IMG/VR virus record: IMGVR_UViG_3300044728_000163
Coordinates: 8,465 to 72,464 of that record
Reading direction: 5' to 3' (one strand)
Source: a virus
Taxonomy: Duplodnaviria > Caudoviricetes
Length of the DNA: 64,000 nt
The notes under the pieces were generated by a model. That model was not told the origin of the DNA, made no database searches, and worked only from the letters and a program-made list of their open reading frames with translations. Positions 25,174 through 34,700 of this stretch are shown here, in pieces (positions within the stretch are counted from its first letter, which is position 1; each line of letters opens with the position of its first letter). Both the position numbers and the translations under genes were made by a program.

Positions 25174-25183
25174 CGGTCTTCTC

Positions 25184-26002
25184 CTAGTCCGTTACGACAA
25201 TGTCGCGTTTATGACCCGTCGTGCTGATCAGCACCGCCGCTCCCTTGGGAAGCCGCAGCGTCAGGATGCCGCCCTGGATCGATCCGACGACGTGGATCGA
25301 TACACGGTCATACTCACCCTCGATAACGTCACCATGATCCACCGGAGGTCGCTCCGGTCGCGGTGGCCGGTCGGGCCGTCCCGGTAGCAGAACAGGGCGA
25401 CCACCAGCCCACTCCGCTTCCAGCGCCGACATGGGGCCGTCGTACGCGTCCTGATCGACATCGCCGACGATGCCGGGTGTCTTCCCCTTATCGGTCCATT
25501 GCCACAGCCAGGGCGTGTCCCAGCCGGGTGGGCAGACCGGTTGGCTGGCATAGTGCGCCAGCCAGAGGCGGCAACGCGACAGCGTCGCGTTGGGTGACCC
25601 CAGTGCTTCCTTCGCCGTGTTGCCCGAGTAGAGGACCGGCAACTGGCCGGTCTGGCTCTCCACCTCGGTGACGAACTGCACCGCCTGACTGAGCGACATC
25701 GTGCCGGTCGAGTTGGTGTTGTCCTCCCAGTCAAGCGCCAGCAATTCGTTTTCGTCGTTCAGGTCCGCGAGAAAGTTACGGACCTGGCTCATCACATCGC
25801 TGCCCTCCGCGAAATGATAACGACCAAACAACAACCCCGCCTTGCGACAGCCCTCGCGCGCCGCGGCAAACATGGGATCTCTGTAGCCAGTGCCTTGCGA
25901 AAACTTATGGACGACGCCATGGACACCCGATGCCTTGATCGCATGCCAGTCGGTCACCTCATTCCAGTGCGAAATGTCGATGACCATACTGTTCTGGATC
26001 AT
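25184..26002 (-). CDS. GH25 lysozyme endolysin
   Basis: VIDISHWN...HKFSQG...FGRYHF...LALDWED...PVLYSG...LWLAHY...WLWQWTD...VDQD. Confidence 0.9.
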   Translation of the reverse strand: MIQNSMVIDISHWNEVTDWHAIKASGVHGVVHKFSQGTGYRDPMFAAAREGCRKAGLLFGRYHFAEGSDVMSQVRNFLADLNDENELLALDWEDNTNSTGTMSLSQAVQFVTEVESQTGQLPVLYSGNTAKEALGSPNATLSRCRLWLAHYASQPVCPPGWDTPWLWQWTDKGKTPGIVGDVDQDAYDGPMSALEAEWAGGRPVLLPGRPDRPPRPERPPVDHGDVIEGEYDRVSIHVVGSIQGGILTLRLPKGAAVLISTTGHKRDIVVTD

Positions 26003-26220
26003 GACGCGTGCGCGGCCCCGTTGGCCGATGCCGGGACCGGCGGCAGCACCTCGCCCTCGCGCGCGGCCATCTGCCGCTTGCCCTCGACCTCTTGGACCTG
26101 GCGCATGATATCCGCGATGATCGGCGCGGCCTGGCGGTAGGGCGCGCTGTGCAGCGCGTCCAGCACCCCATTCCACATCTGGGCTTCCAGGGTGATCGAT
26201 ACCTTGTCGGTGAGTTCCAT
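25999..26220 (-). CDS. Small protein after the tail fibre (possible fibre assembly factor)
   Basis: 73 aa, VLDALHSAPYRQAAPII; position after the fibre gene. Confidence 0.55.
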   Translation of the reverse strand: MELTDKVSITLEAQMWNGVLDALHSAPYRQAAPIIADIMRQVQEVEGKRQMAAREGEVLPPVPASANGAAHAS

Positions 26221-26229
26221 GGTGTTCTC

Positions 26230-28581
26230 CTAAGCGATTGTTCGTGTTTCAGGGGGTCGTTCAAGTTCAACGATGCGCCGGATGGCGACCGCCAGATCAG
26301 CCGTGGTTTTGTTTAGCTTATCGTTCAATTCGCGCAACGCATTGATGACGACGAACAACAACGGCTTCTCGTCCACCGATAGCTGGCCAGGAAAACGGAT
26401 ATCGGGCGGTTGCTCCTCGTCCATGGCATTATGTGGCTGCGGTGGCGTGGGATAGACGGCTTCCGGCACCAGCGACTCCAGTTGCTGGGCGACCAGCCCG
26501 ACGTGGCGCTTGCCGTCGTCGGCGGTGCCGCCCAGTCCGTTATAGAGATAACTGACCGGCGTCAGTTGCATGATGACATCGAGGCCGCGCCGCCAGGGTG
26601 CGACCTCCTTCTTGACCCGCTCGTCCGATATCGCGTTGCCACCATAGAACTGGCCAAAGGCATTCACGTTGCCCGAGCCGTCCACCCAAAACATCGCGTT
26701 CCGGCCTGGCCCCCACTTATCGGTATTGCCGCGAAACACCATCGAGCCATCAACGGAACTCCAGGTCAAAGCCCAGCCATCGCTCTGAAACTGGATGGCG
26801 CGGCCAGAAGGGCCACCATAGATGGCGAAGTTCTGGCCAAGCCCAGGCTGACCGGCCCCGTTGCCCGCGCCGACGAAAATCCCCTGGAAAGCATAGATAT
26901 TGCCAACCATGTCCATGGCACCGACGCGCGTGGACCCCCAGTAATATTCGAAGGCGTAAAGCGGACGCCCGCCGCCGTTGAATATCTGGTTGGCCCCGCC
27001 GGTAAAATCAGTGCTGCCACAAACCGTGATATATGAATTATTGTCACGCGCGTTGATGCTGTTGTCGCCGAGAGAAATATACAGCCGATTCTGCAAGTTG
27101 GTGACGCCGACGACGCCGACGTTGCGCCCGACGTGGAGATCGTAACCAGCGAACAGGCTGATCGCGGCACTGATATGGCCGGTCATATACAGACTGCCCC
27201 GGTTGCCATCGTTGATGGGGTTCTCCGTCACCATCCCGCCCCAGTAAATAAGCGCGTTGCCACTGCCGTCCATCTGGCCGAACCGCAGACCGGTGTCGGC
27301 GTAAATCCCGGCGGCGAACTGGTGGTAGTCGTCCCACATACAAAACGATGGGTTGTTGTTGTAACCTTTTGAGGTGATCCGCGCGCTACTGGTGAAGATG
27401 CGACCGGCGGTCGTGAGCGGCCCGCTCATCGACACCTCGGCGGTCTGGCGATTGATGTAGATCGGCGCGTCGAGGTAAGTCCCGCCGTCGTTGCAACGGC
27501 CCAACAAAAAATTGGAGCCGATATTGCTGCCGTCCTGCCGGTCGGTATCACCCGTGCCCAGTTGCAAGATCCAGCGAGTGAACCCGCCGCTGTAGCCGAC
27601 GATCTGGTTGACCTGGGCGTAGCCGTTCGGGCGATTGAGGGCGAGGGTCGAGGACTGACCCGGCTGGGCGGGGATGCCGATATAATTGGTGGCGTTGAAC
27701 GCGCCGTTGGCGGTCAACGCTCCCACCGTGGCCGCGCCCGTGATCGTGAGCGCGCCGGTCGCCGAGAGCGCGCCGCTCACACTGAGCGAACCACCCATGG
27801 TCCAGCCGGTGTAGCCGTTCTCCGCGTTCATGTTCAGCGTCGTCGTACCAAAACCGACGTAGCCCGCGCGCACGCCGTTAGCCTTGTGGAAGGCGACGTA
27901 GCCCGCGTTGTTGGCGTCGCCCAGGTTGAGCGCCGAGTAGCCGACCGCCGGGGCACGCGCCGTGACACCAGCCGCCTGTAGCCCTCCGCTAACGGCGACC
28001 GTGCCCAGTAAATTGATGCTGGTGCCGGTCAGGGTGATGGTGTTCAGCGTCATGCCCGTGCGGGTGACGGAGAGCCAGTTGCTGGACACGGTGTAGGGGT
28101 CGTTCATGGCGCGACCCCAAAGGGTGTCGCCAGACGAGAGGAAGTCCCACGCCTTACTGTCCGACGCGCCCGACTGTTCGCGCACACCGATGATCGCGCC
28201 GCCCCCGGTGGCCGTCGCGTAGAACCCCTTGGCGGTGATGTTGGCCCCGGCGACGGAGATGTTGCCCGCGTTATCGACCCACAGCGTCCGTTCCGATGGA
28301 AGATCGTTGTATATTTTAGTTTCGCCCAGGAAATTGAGGCGCGACAACGAGCCGGCAGAATTCTTTAAAACCGTAGTCCTGTTCAGCTTGTTTGGCGAAC
28401 CAGCGGTATAGGTTCCGATACCCCATTCCATCTGCGCGCCATCGGTCATCACGTAAAAACACTGCGCGCCTGACGCGAACCAGAAGCCGAACGGCAAACG
28501 TCCGGCGGTGGGGCCAAGCAGATTGCAATCCGCCGCCGTCCCCGGCGCGTTGGTCAGTTCAAGAACGAGGTTGCCAAGCAT
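26230..28581 (-). CDS. Tail fibre with C-terminal S74 intramolecular chaperone/peptidase
   Basis: Gly/Asn/Thr-rich beta repeats; SDERVKKEV...IMQLTPVSY...HVGLVAQQLE..VPEAV followed by a coiled coil. Confidence 0.85.
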   Translation of the reverse strand: MLGNLVLELTNAPGTAADCNLLGPTAGRLPFGFWFASGAQCFYVMTDGAQMEWGIGTYTAGSPNKLNRTTVLKNSAGSLSRLNFLGETKIYNDLPSERTLWVDNAGNISVAGANITAKGFYATATGGGAIIGVREQSGASDSKAWDFLSSGDTLWGRAMNDPYTVSSNWLSVTRTGMTLNTITLTGTSINLLGTVAVSGGLQAAGVTARAPAVGYSALNLGDANNAGYVAFHKANGVRAGYVGFGTTTLNMNAENGYTGWTMGGSLSVSGALSATGALTITGAATVGALTANGAFNATNYIGIPAQPGQSSTLALNRPNGYAQVNQIVGYSGGFTRWILQLGTGDTDRQDGSNIGSNFLLGRCNDGGTYLDAPIYINRQTAEVSMSGPLTTAGRIFTSSARITSKGYNNNPSFCMWDDYHQFAAGIYADTGLRFGQMDGSGNALIYWGGMVTENPINDGNRGSLYMTGHISAAISLFAGYDLHVGRNVGVVGVTNLQNRLYISLGDNSINARDNNSYITVCGSTDFTGGANQIFNGGGRPLYAFEYYWGSTRVGAMDMVGNIYAFQGIFVGAGNGAGQPGLGQNFAIYGGPSGRAIQFQSDGWALTWSSVDGSMVFRGNTDKWGPGRNAMFWVDGSGNVNAFGQFYGGNAISDERVKKEVAPWRRGLDVIMQLTPVSYLYNGLGGTADDGKRHVGLVAQQLESLVPEAVYPTPPQPHNAMDEEQPPDIRFPGQLSVDEKPLLFVVINALRELNDKLNKTTADLAVAIRRIVELERPPETRTIA

Positions 28582-29366
28582 CAGAGGCGCTCCTTCACGC
28601 GGAACTTCCACGCGTGTCGATCATGAAAGCCCGCGATATAGCTGACATCGGCGGTCACCGTGACGCGCCCGAACACCGCTTCGCTCGCCACCGTCTGCGA
28701 GGTGTAGGTGGGAATGAACAGGATGTTGCCACCGTAACGAGATACCCGGTCGAGGTTCTGCGCGTCGGTCCACAGTTCGCTGTCGGTTATCGCGTCGAAG
28801 GCGGCTTCCCAGCGTCGTTGCTGAAAGCGATAGGTGGGATATTCCTGGCCACCGCGCGAGATCATTTCATCAACGGTACTATCTCTGCCGTACGTGCTGT
28901 TCCATGTGAAGCCCAGTTTGGGAATCCAGCCGGGGCCAAGGAAGGCCAACGGCACGTTGATGAAGCCATCCGGATTGCCCGCGTCGTTGATCTCGACCAC
29001 GCAATAATCCGCGTAGATGTCCTCCAGCGCCACGGCGACGACCTGGCCGTAGCCGGGTTGCGGTCCCGTCACCGTGCCGCTCCAGACCAACGTGGAGGGG
29101 TTGATGAACAAGTTGAATGTCACACTCGCGCCCTGCGACAGGTTGGTCCTGAACAGGCCGAATATCCGCCATAGCTGGCGCGGTGGCGTGCAGCGGAAGG
29201 TCGCCCCGGCGGCGGCGGTGACCACCCCGGCGGCGGTCTGCCATGCCATCGAGGACGCGCCTGAATCGGTCTGCAGATTGGTGATCGGCATGTTGTTCGC
29301 GGTGGACCCGGCGATCAGCGCGCCGGATTTGACCAGGTTCTTGATGCCGAGCGCCGAGTTTCCCAT
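28581..29366 (-). CDS. Tail/baseplate structural protein
   Basis: Position between hub and fibre; GYSTx/RRWEAAF-like distal-tail features. Exact role inferred. Confidence 0.6.
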   Translation of the reverse strand: MGNSALGIKNLVKSGALIAGSTANNMPITNLQTDSGASSMAWQTAAGVVTAAAGATFRCTPPRQLWRIFGLFRTNLSQGASVTFNLFINPSTLVWSGTVTGPQPGYGQVVAVALEDIYADYCVVEINDAGNPDGFINVPLAFLGPGWIPKLGFTWNSTYGRDSTVDEMISRGGQEYPTYRFQQRRWEAAFDAITDSELWTDAQNLDRVSRYGGNILFIPTYTSQTVASEAVFGRVTVTADVSYIAGFHDRHAWKFRVKERL

Positions 29367-31138
29367 CAGACCAAGATCCTGATCGTGACCGCCGCGTCGG
29401 GCGAGCGGAATGAATAGCCAACAATCTGGCCCATCTTGCCGTTACCCAGGTCATCCATCGGATAGACGATGGTGACGACATGACCCATGTCCAGCACGAT
29501 GCCAGAGAAGGCGGGCACGGTGACATCGTAGAGCCGCCGCCTGACCCCCCATAGCGCGCCCAGGTCGTTGACCACCTGTTGGGCGTCAGCCTGACGCAGC
29601 AACAGCCCGGTGACCGGCGGCGGGTCGTTGGGACGCCTGAACGCGGTCAGCACCGCCGTGGACGACCAGTAGGCGAACGCGCCGGTCATCTCGACATATT
29701 GTTTGTGCGTCGCCGACATCGACGCGGTGTTCATGTCCGATGTCTGGATCGTGTAGTTGTGGGTGTATTCGGAACGGATACGATACGGCGGCGGGTCGAG
29801 CGTCGCGGGCAGGGCGATGGGCGCGATCTGGATGATGTTCGACAGGTCGAAGGTGCCCTCGGAGCGCGGGTTCGCCGTCAGCGCGCGGAGCATGAACAGG
29901 CCGAGCCGCCCATCCCGCTTGGAGATCAGCTTGGCACCGGGTCCGGACACCATGGCCGACAGCACGTCGATGCCGGTGATCGATGATCCGGAGTCGTAAT
30001 AGCCACCCGCCACATATGGCCACGATGCGTCCACCACGTTGAACGATGCGATATCGATCAGTTCCGGTGGCAGCACCAGATCCTCGGTCAGAGTGAACCG
30101 GGCGATCTGGCTGAACGTGGTGATCGCCCCGGCCACGGGAAACTCGCCGGTCACATCACAGGTGATCGCGTGGACCGCGACCGATCCCAACTGGAAAAGC
30201 CCACGCGAGTTGTCGGTGCGATACCGGCCCGCCGGGACCGACCCGGCGTAGAGGTTCGTCGTGTCGCCGTTATAAGTGATGACCTGGGCACCGCCCTCGT
30301 AAAGCGCCACGACCGAGCCGCGCCCATCGGTGTACTGGTAGATGCGGTTCACCGGATCGACCAGCACCGGGGTGATGTTCTGTACCGGGTTGGCGGCGGT
30401 GCCACCACGCGTGCGCGGGAGCGGCTTGCCGGTCAGCGTGGCGGTGCCGTCATAGCCGCCCGTGCCGCCGTAGACCGTCTGCTGATAAGGCTTCTCCAGC
30501 CAGTAGGTGGCGTCGCGGATGGGCACGGTCAGCGCCGCGTCGGATAAAAACCACGGTGCCGAGATACCCGCCCACATAAATTGCAGCGAGGCGTAGGGCG
30601 GGTCGCGGTGATACTGGCGCGCGGAGTCCCAGGTCTTCACCCCGGTCAGGATGCGGACGTTGCGGCCATCGGAGTTGAAACTTCCCGCGGTGGCGTCGAA
30701 CAGGTTGTCAGCGTTGGAGAACACGATGGTGCCCCAGGCCGCGCCGACACCCGACGCACTCATTTCGAGGTTGATCTTATTATCCACCTGAAACGCCTGG
30801 TTCAGTATCGGCGGATAAGGCCTGATGCCACCGGCATCGGTGGACATGGAGCGATAGCCAAGGTCGGATGCGATGATCTGGCTGTCGAGCGGAGCGGGGT
30901 CTTCCAGCAACGCCAGAGCCAGGTTGGGGCGCGAGTTATAGGCATCCTCGGTGGTCAGTTCGTGAACCACGCCGGGATTGTAGACATTAAGTTCCACCAC
31001 CAGAAACCGGATCTCCGGTCCTGGGATATCATCGTAATGCTCGATCTCGATCGGATTGATGCCGTCTTCAGTCATGATTGGCTCGTCCCCGTTCTCTTCC
31101 ATTCGGATAGCGTAAGGACCGCCGAATATCCAGAGCAT
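29366..31138 (-). CDS. Tail tip / baseplate hub protein
   Basis: 590 aa; YGGTGGYDG...GKPLPRTRG...NITPVLVD, C-terminal LDMGHVVTIVYP...GQIVG...VTIRIL (Tal/hub-like end). Confidence 0.65.
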   Translation of the reverse strand: MLWIFGGPYAIRMEENGDEPIMTEDGINPIEIEHYDDIPGPEIRFLVVELNVYNPGVVHELTTEDAYNSRPNLALALLEDPAPLDSQIIASDLGYRSMSTDAGGIRPYPPILNQAFQVDNKINLEMSASGVGAAWGTIVFSNADNLFDATAGSFNSDGRNVRILTGVKTWDSARQYHRDPPYASLQFMWAGISAPWFLSDAALTVPIRDATYWLEKPYQQTVYGGTGGYDGTATLTGKPLPRTRGGTAANPVQNITPVLVDPVNRIYQYTDGRGSVVALYEGGAQVITYNGDTTNLYAGSVPAGRYRTDNSRGLFQLGSVAVHAITCDVTGEFPVAGAITTFSQIARFTLTEDLVLPPELIDIASFNVVDASWPYVAGGYYDSGSSITGIDVLSAMVSGPGAKLISKRDGRLGLFMLRALTANPRSEGTFDLSNIIQIAPIALPATLDPPPYRIRSEYTHNYTIQTSDMNTASMSATHKQYVEMTGAFAYWSSTAVLTAFRRPNDPPPVTGLLLRQADAQQVVNDLGALWGVRRRLYDVTVPAFSGIVLDMGHVVTIVYPMDDLGNGKMGQIVGYSFRSPDAAVTIRILV

Positions 31139-31158
31139 CGCATCGTGCGCCTCATCAG

Positions 31159-31446
31159 CTAGATTTTATCGGGCAGCTTCTTGTGCAGCGCGGCCTGACC
31201 GGCGACCTGGGAAATCTCCCACATCTGCGAACAGGTGGCGCACGTAAACGTCGAGACGTGGATGTTGGGATCGGAATTCGTCATCCTTCCGGTGCCATCG
31301 TAGATCGGCTCCCAGGCGATGACCGGCTCGACCACGCTCGCCGAGCGCGCGACGCGGCACTGCGAATAATCCGGCTGGTGGGGACAGTCCGGATTGGCGT
31401 TGGGCGCGGGTGGGGGCGGTCCCCCACCGGATACGGTATCTCCCAT
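31159..31446 (-). CDS. Hypothetical protein (CxxC)
   Basis: TGATG-coupled; FTCATCSQMW. Confidence 0.5.
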   Translation of the reverse strand: MGDTVSGGGPPPPAPNANPDCPHQPDYSQCRVARSASVVEPVIAWEPIYDGTGRMTNSDPNIHVSTFTCATCSQMWEISQVAGQAALHKKLPDKI

Positions 31447-31796
31447 CACATCGCCGCCTGGCCGTTGTCCAGGGTCTTGATGATCGGCGCGGCCAGCGCC
31501 CAGAACGCGTCCCACTGCACGGCCAGCGCCTGCACGGCATCGGCGTAGGCCTGGCCGTTCAAACCGGGCGTGGTGGGATCTGGCTGCACGCCGAAATTGT
31601 TCTGCGTGTAGGGCATCCCCATGCCACCGCTGGCGGCTTCGAACTCGGTCCCCGCCGTTCCCATGAAACCGGTCGAGGCGGTCGCCACGGCCTCGTTGAG
31701 CCGCACCACGGTGGTGTTGAGGCCCGCCAGCCGGGAGACGACACTGTTGGTCATCTGCCCAAATGTCGTACTGTTCGGAATGATAATCGCGGCCAT
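31446..31796 (-). CDS. Hypothetical structural-region protein
   Basis: MAAIIIPNSTTFGQ..., directly after the giant fibre. Confidence 0.6.
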   Translation of the reverse strand: MAAIIIPNSTTFGQMTNSVVSRLAGLNTTVVRLNEAVATASTGFMGTAGTEFEAASGGMGMPYTQNNFGVQPDPTTPGLNGQAYADAVQALAVQWDAFWALAAPIIKTLDNGQAAM

Positions 31797-31797
31797 G

Positions 31798-34700
31798 TCA
31801 GTGCATCCTCTGTTCAAGTTGTTCCATGCGCGCCATGAGCGCGACATTCTGTTCCGTCAACTGCTGAATGGCGCGTGCCATTGTCGCGATCAGCGGCAGT
31901 TCCCTGATTTGCGCGTAGCCTTCGCCCTCGTTGTTTTTGACGACGGCGAGCGGAATGACCTCCTCCACCTCGTCGGCGATCAGCGCGCAATCCCAGTGCT
32001 GGCTGACGGCGTTGGGGACCGGCGGCAGAAGATCGAGTTCATGAAACGTCAGTCTGTTGATCTGGCCAAGCGCGTCGATGGTGGCGGGCCGGATGTTGCT
32101 TTTCAGGCGGCGGTCGGACCAGACGATTGACCAGCCCGCGAAGCCATCACCCGGCCACCAGATGCCACAGGTTCCGTTACCGTTGAGCATCAACTGATGA
32201 CAACCGGTCCACCCGCCCCCGGTGTCATACGACCTGAGAAGCCGTCCCTGGTAACCTCCGTCCAATCTGAAGGCAACACTATAACCATCCCATGGAAGGG
32301 CGACGGCCTGTCCGTTCCATGCCGAATAGACGATGCCGTTGTTATTGCACCAGACGATGCTGAACGTGGGACCGGCACCGTAATCGCAGTTCTGGTTTGG
32401 GCCGTTGGGGTCGCGCGTGTCGCGCAGTTCGACGTAGGCCGCGCCGCCATCAATCCAGCACTGTACACGACCGTTCCAACCCATCGCGAGCCATGAGTTG
32501 GACCACCACCGATATTTGTGACCGTATTGTCCATCGTTGTAGACGTTCTTGGTGACGTTATCCCCAATGAAATTGGTCCCAGCGAAAGTAGGACCGGCAC
32601 CATTATCGACGTTCTGGTTGGGCGTGTAAGCGCCGATGTTCTTGAAGTTGGCGGAAGTCCATTGCCGTGCCGCGATGCCATGCTGGTAGACACCGTCAAC
32701 GTAAAGATTGATGAGGCCGTTCGTCCCGTCCCAGCCGAAGCCGATTTGATTGACGGCGTAGCTGCGATAGACGACGCCGCTCGTGACCGAAGCCGTGCCA
32801 ACCACATGAATATTTCCACCAAGTAGAACGCCGGTCGGCCCGTTCTCCGGTTGGATGTAAAGCCAGTTAGTGTCTGTGTTGCCGATGTAGCCTGTGCGCG
32901 CCCCAGCGTTGTTGAACAGCGCGACGTAGCCGGAATTGTTCACGCCAGCGGGTTGCAGCGCGATGTATCCGCCAGATGCGGTTCTGGCCTGGACAAAGTA
33001 AGCGAAGACCGCGTGGTTAAACGAGGCGTCCCCGGTGGCACGATTGAGGACAAATGGCGCGTCGAGATAAGTGCCCGCGTCGTTGTAGCGATGGATCAGG
33101 AAGTTATCACCCGCCTGACCGTCACCCAGTTGCATGTTCCAGTGTAGCAGACCGCCTCTGTTCCCGATGATCTGCGAGGGCTGACCCGCTACCGGGACCA
33201 GCCAAAGGGTCGATGCGTTACCGGCGGCGGCGGTGATCGTTATCGCGTTCGTCACCCCCAGCGCGCCGGTCATGCTGTCGCCTGTCTTGGCGACGTAATT
33301 TCCTCCTGAGATAGCAACGAATTTGTTATCTGTGTACTGCTTTGTCGCCGCTTCATAAGCAGATGTTGGATCGCGTCCTAACGTGACGGTGAGCGTGCTT
33401 GAAAGCGTGATACCGTTGCCATTGAAACTCGCGACCAACCCACCCGCCGTTGGATAGAAATTGGTGGCCCCACCAGCGACGATGTTGAGGGTGCCGCCCG
33501 TGACGCTGAATCCGTAGTTGGGTTCCCAAAGCTGGATGTGCTGCGAGAGGTCGAGCGGGTTGTTGCCGATGGCGGTGCGCTGGCCGAACGTGAGGCCCGC
33601 GTTGGGGACCGCGAGGACGCCGTTGACCTGTAGCCGGTTGCTGAAGACCGCGTCGCCGTTTGTTCCGATCCAGAAGCGTGCGGCGGGAGCATTCTCGTCC
33701 GAGATGACGTAGAGGCCGTCGCTTCGCGTGCCCGCGCTCCAGGTGCGAGCGTTGGTGACGGTTGACCAATAACGCGCGGACTGACCGGCTGGCACGGTCA
33801 TCTGGATTGTGTCGCTGCTGGGGCCTCCCTGCATCAACATCCGCCCCGTCTCGCGGTTGAAGCGGAGGATGGCCCCCGGCGTGCCGGTATCGGTCCAGCG
33901 CGTGAGGATCAGGTCGGAGCCGACGTTGCTGCCCGTCTCGTTGGAATACTCGGCCTGGATATTCCAGCGCGGCGATCCCGACGACCACCACTGGATGGTT
34001 CGCCATGAGGCCGGTGGTCCATCCAGATTGAACTGCGGATTAGTGCCTCTGACCGTGGGCTGATTTAGGAACGTGGACACGCCGTTGAACGTGGCGTTGC
34101 CGTAGATGGTCGCGCTGCCGCCGGGATCGACCTGAAAGATCGGGTTGTTGCCTTCAACGAACCGCCAGAAGCCATCATTGCGGCGCTCGAAATAGTAGGC
34201 CGGGTTGTTGGCCATGATGAACTGGCCACTGTTGGAGACTACCGCGTTGCCACCGATGTTACCCGATGCCCAACTGTAGCCACTGACACTCAGACCGGCC
34301 ATCGTGAACCGCGCGATCTGGGATTGCCTCGCGTCGGTGTTGTCGTCGTTCACCTGATTGGTGATCCAGACATCGAGGAACTCGCTGCCCCAGCCAATCC
34401 CGGCGAAGCCGGAACGGATGGAGGCAACGTAGCGCGCCCCCTGGTCAGCGTTACCGACGAAGTTGCCACCAAAGCGAATTCGGCTTTGCCCGCCGTCCAT
34501 GTTGGGCGTTGAGAGCCACAGTTGCGCGCTCGTATTGTTCGATGCGTGATTGATTCTTAATGGTCCGGACATCACATCGCCGGTTCTCGCGACGTAACCG
34601 CCGCCCACGATGGGCGCGTAATTGTTGACCACCCACTGCCTGGTCACCGCGTCCATGTTCGCCGTGGGGTCGCGGCTCAGAGTGATCTGGCGGAATGAGC

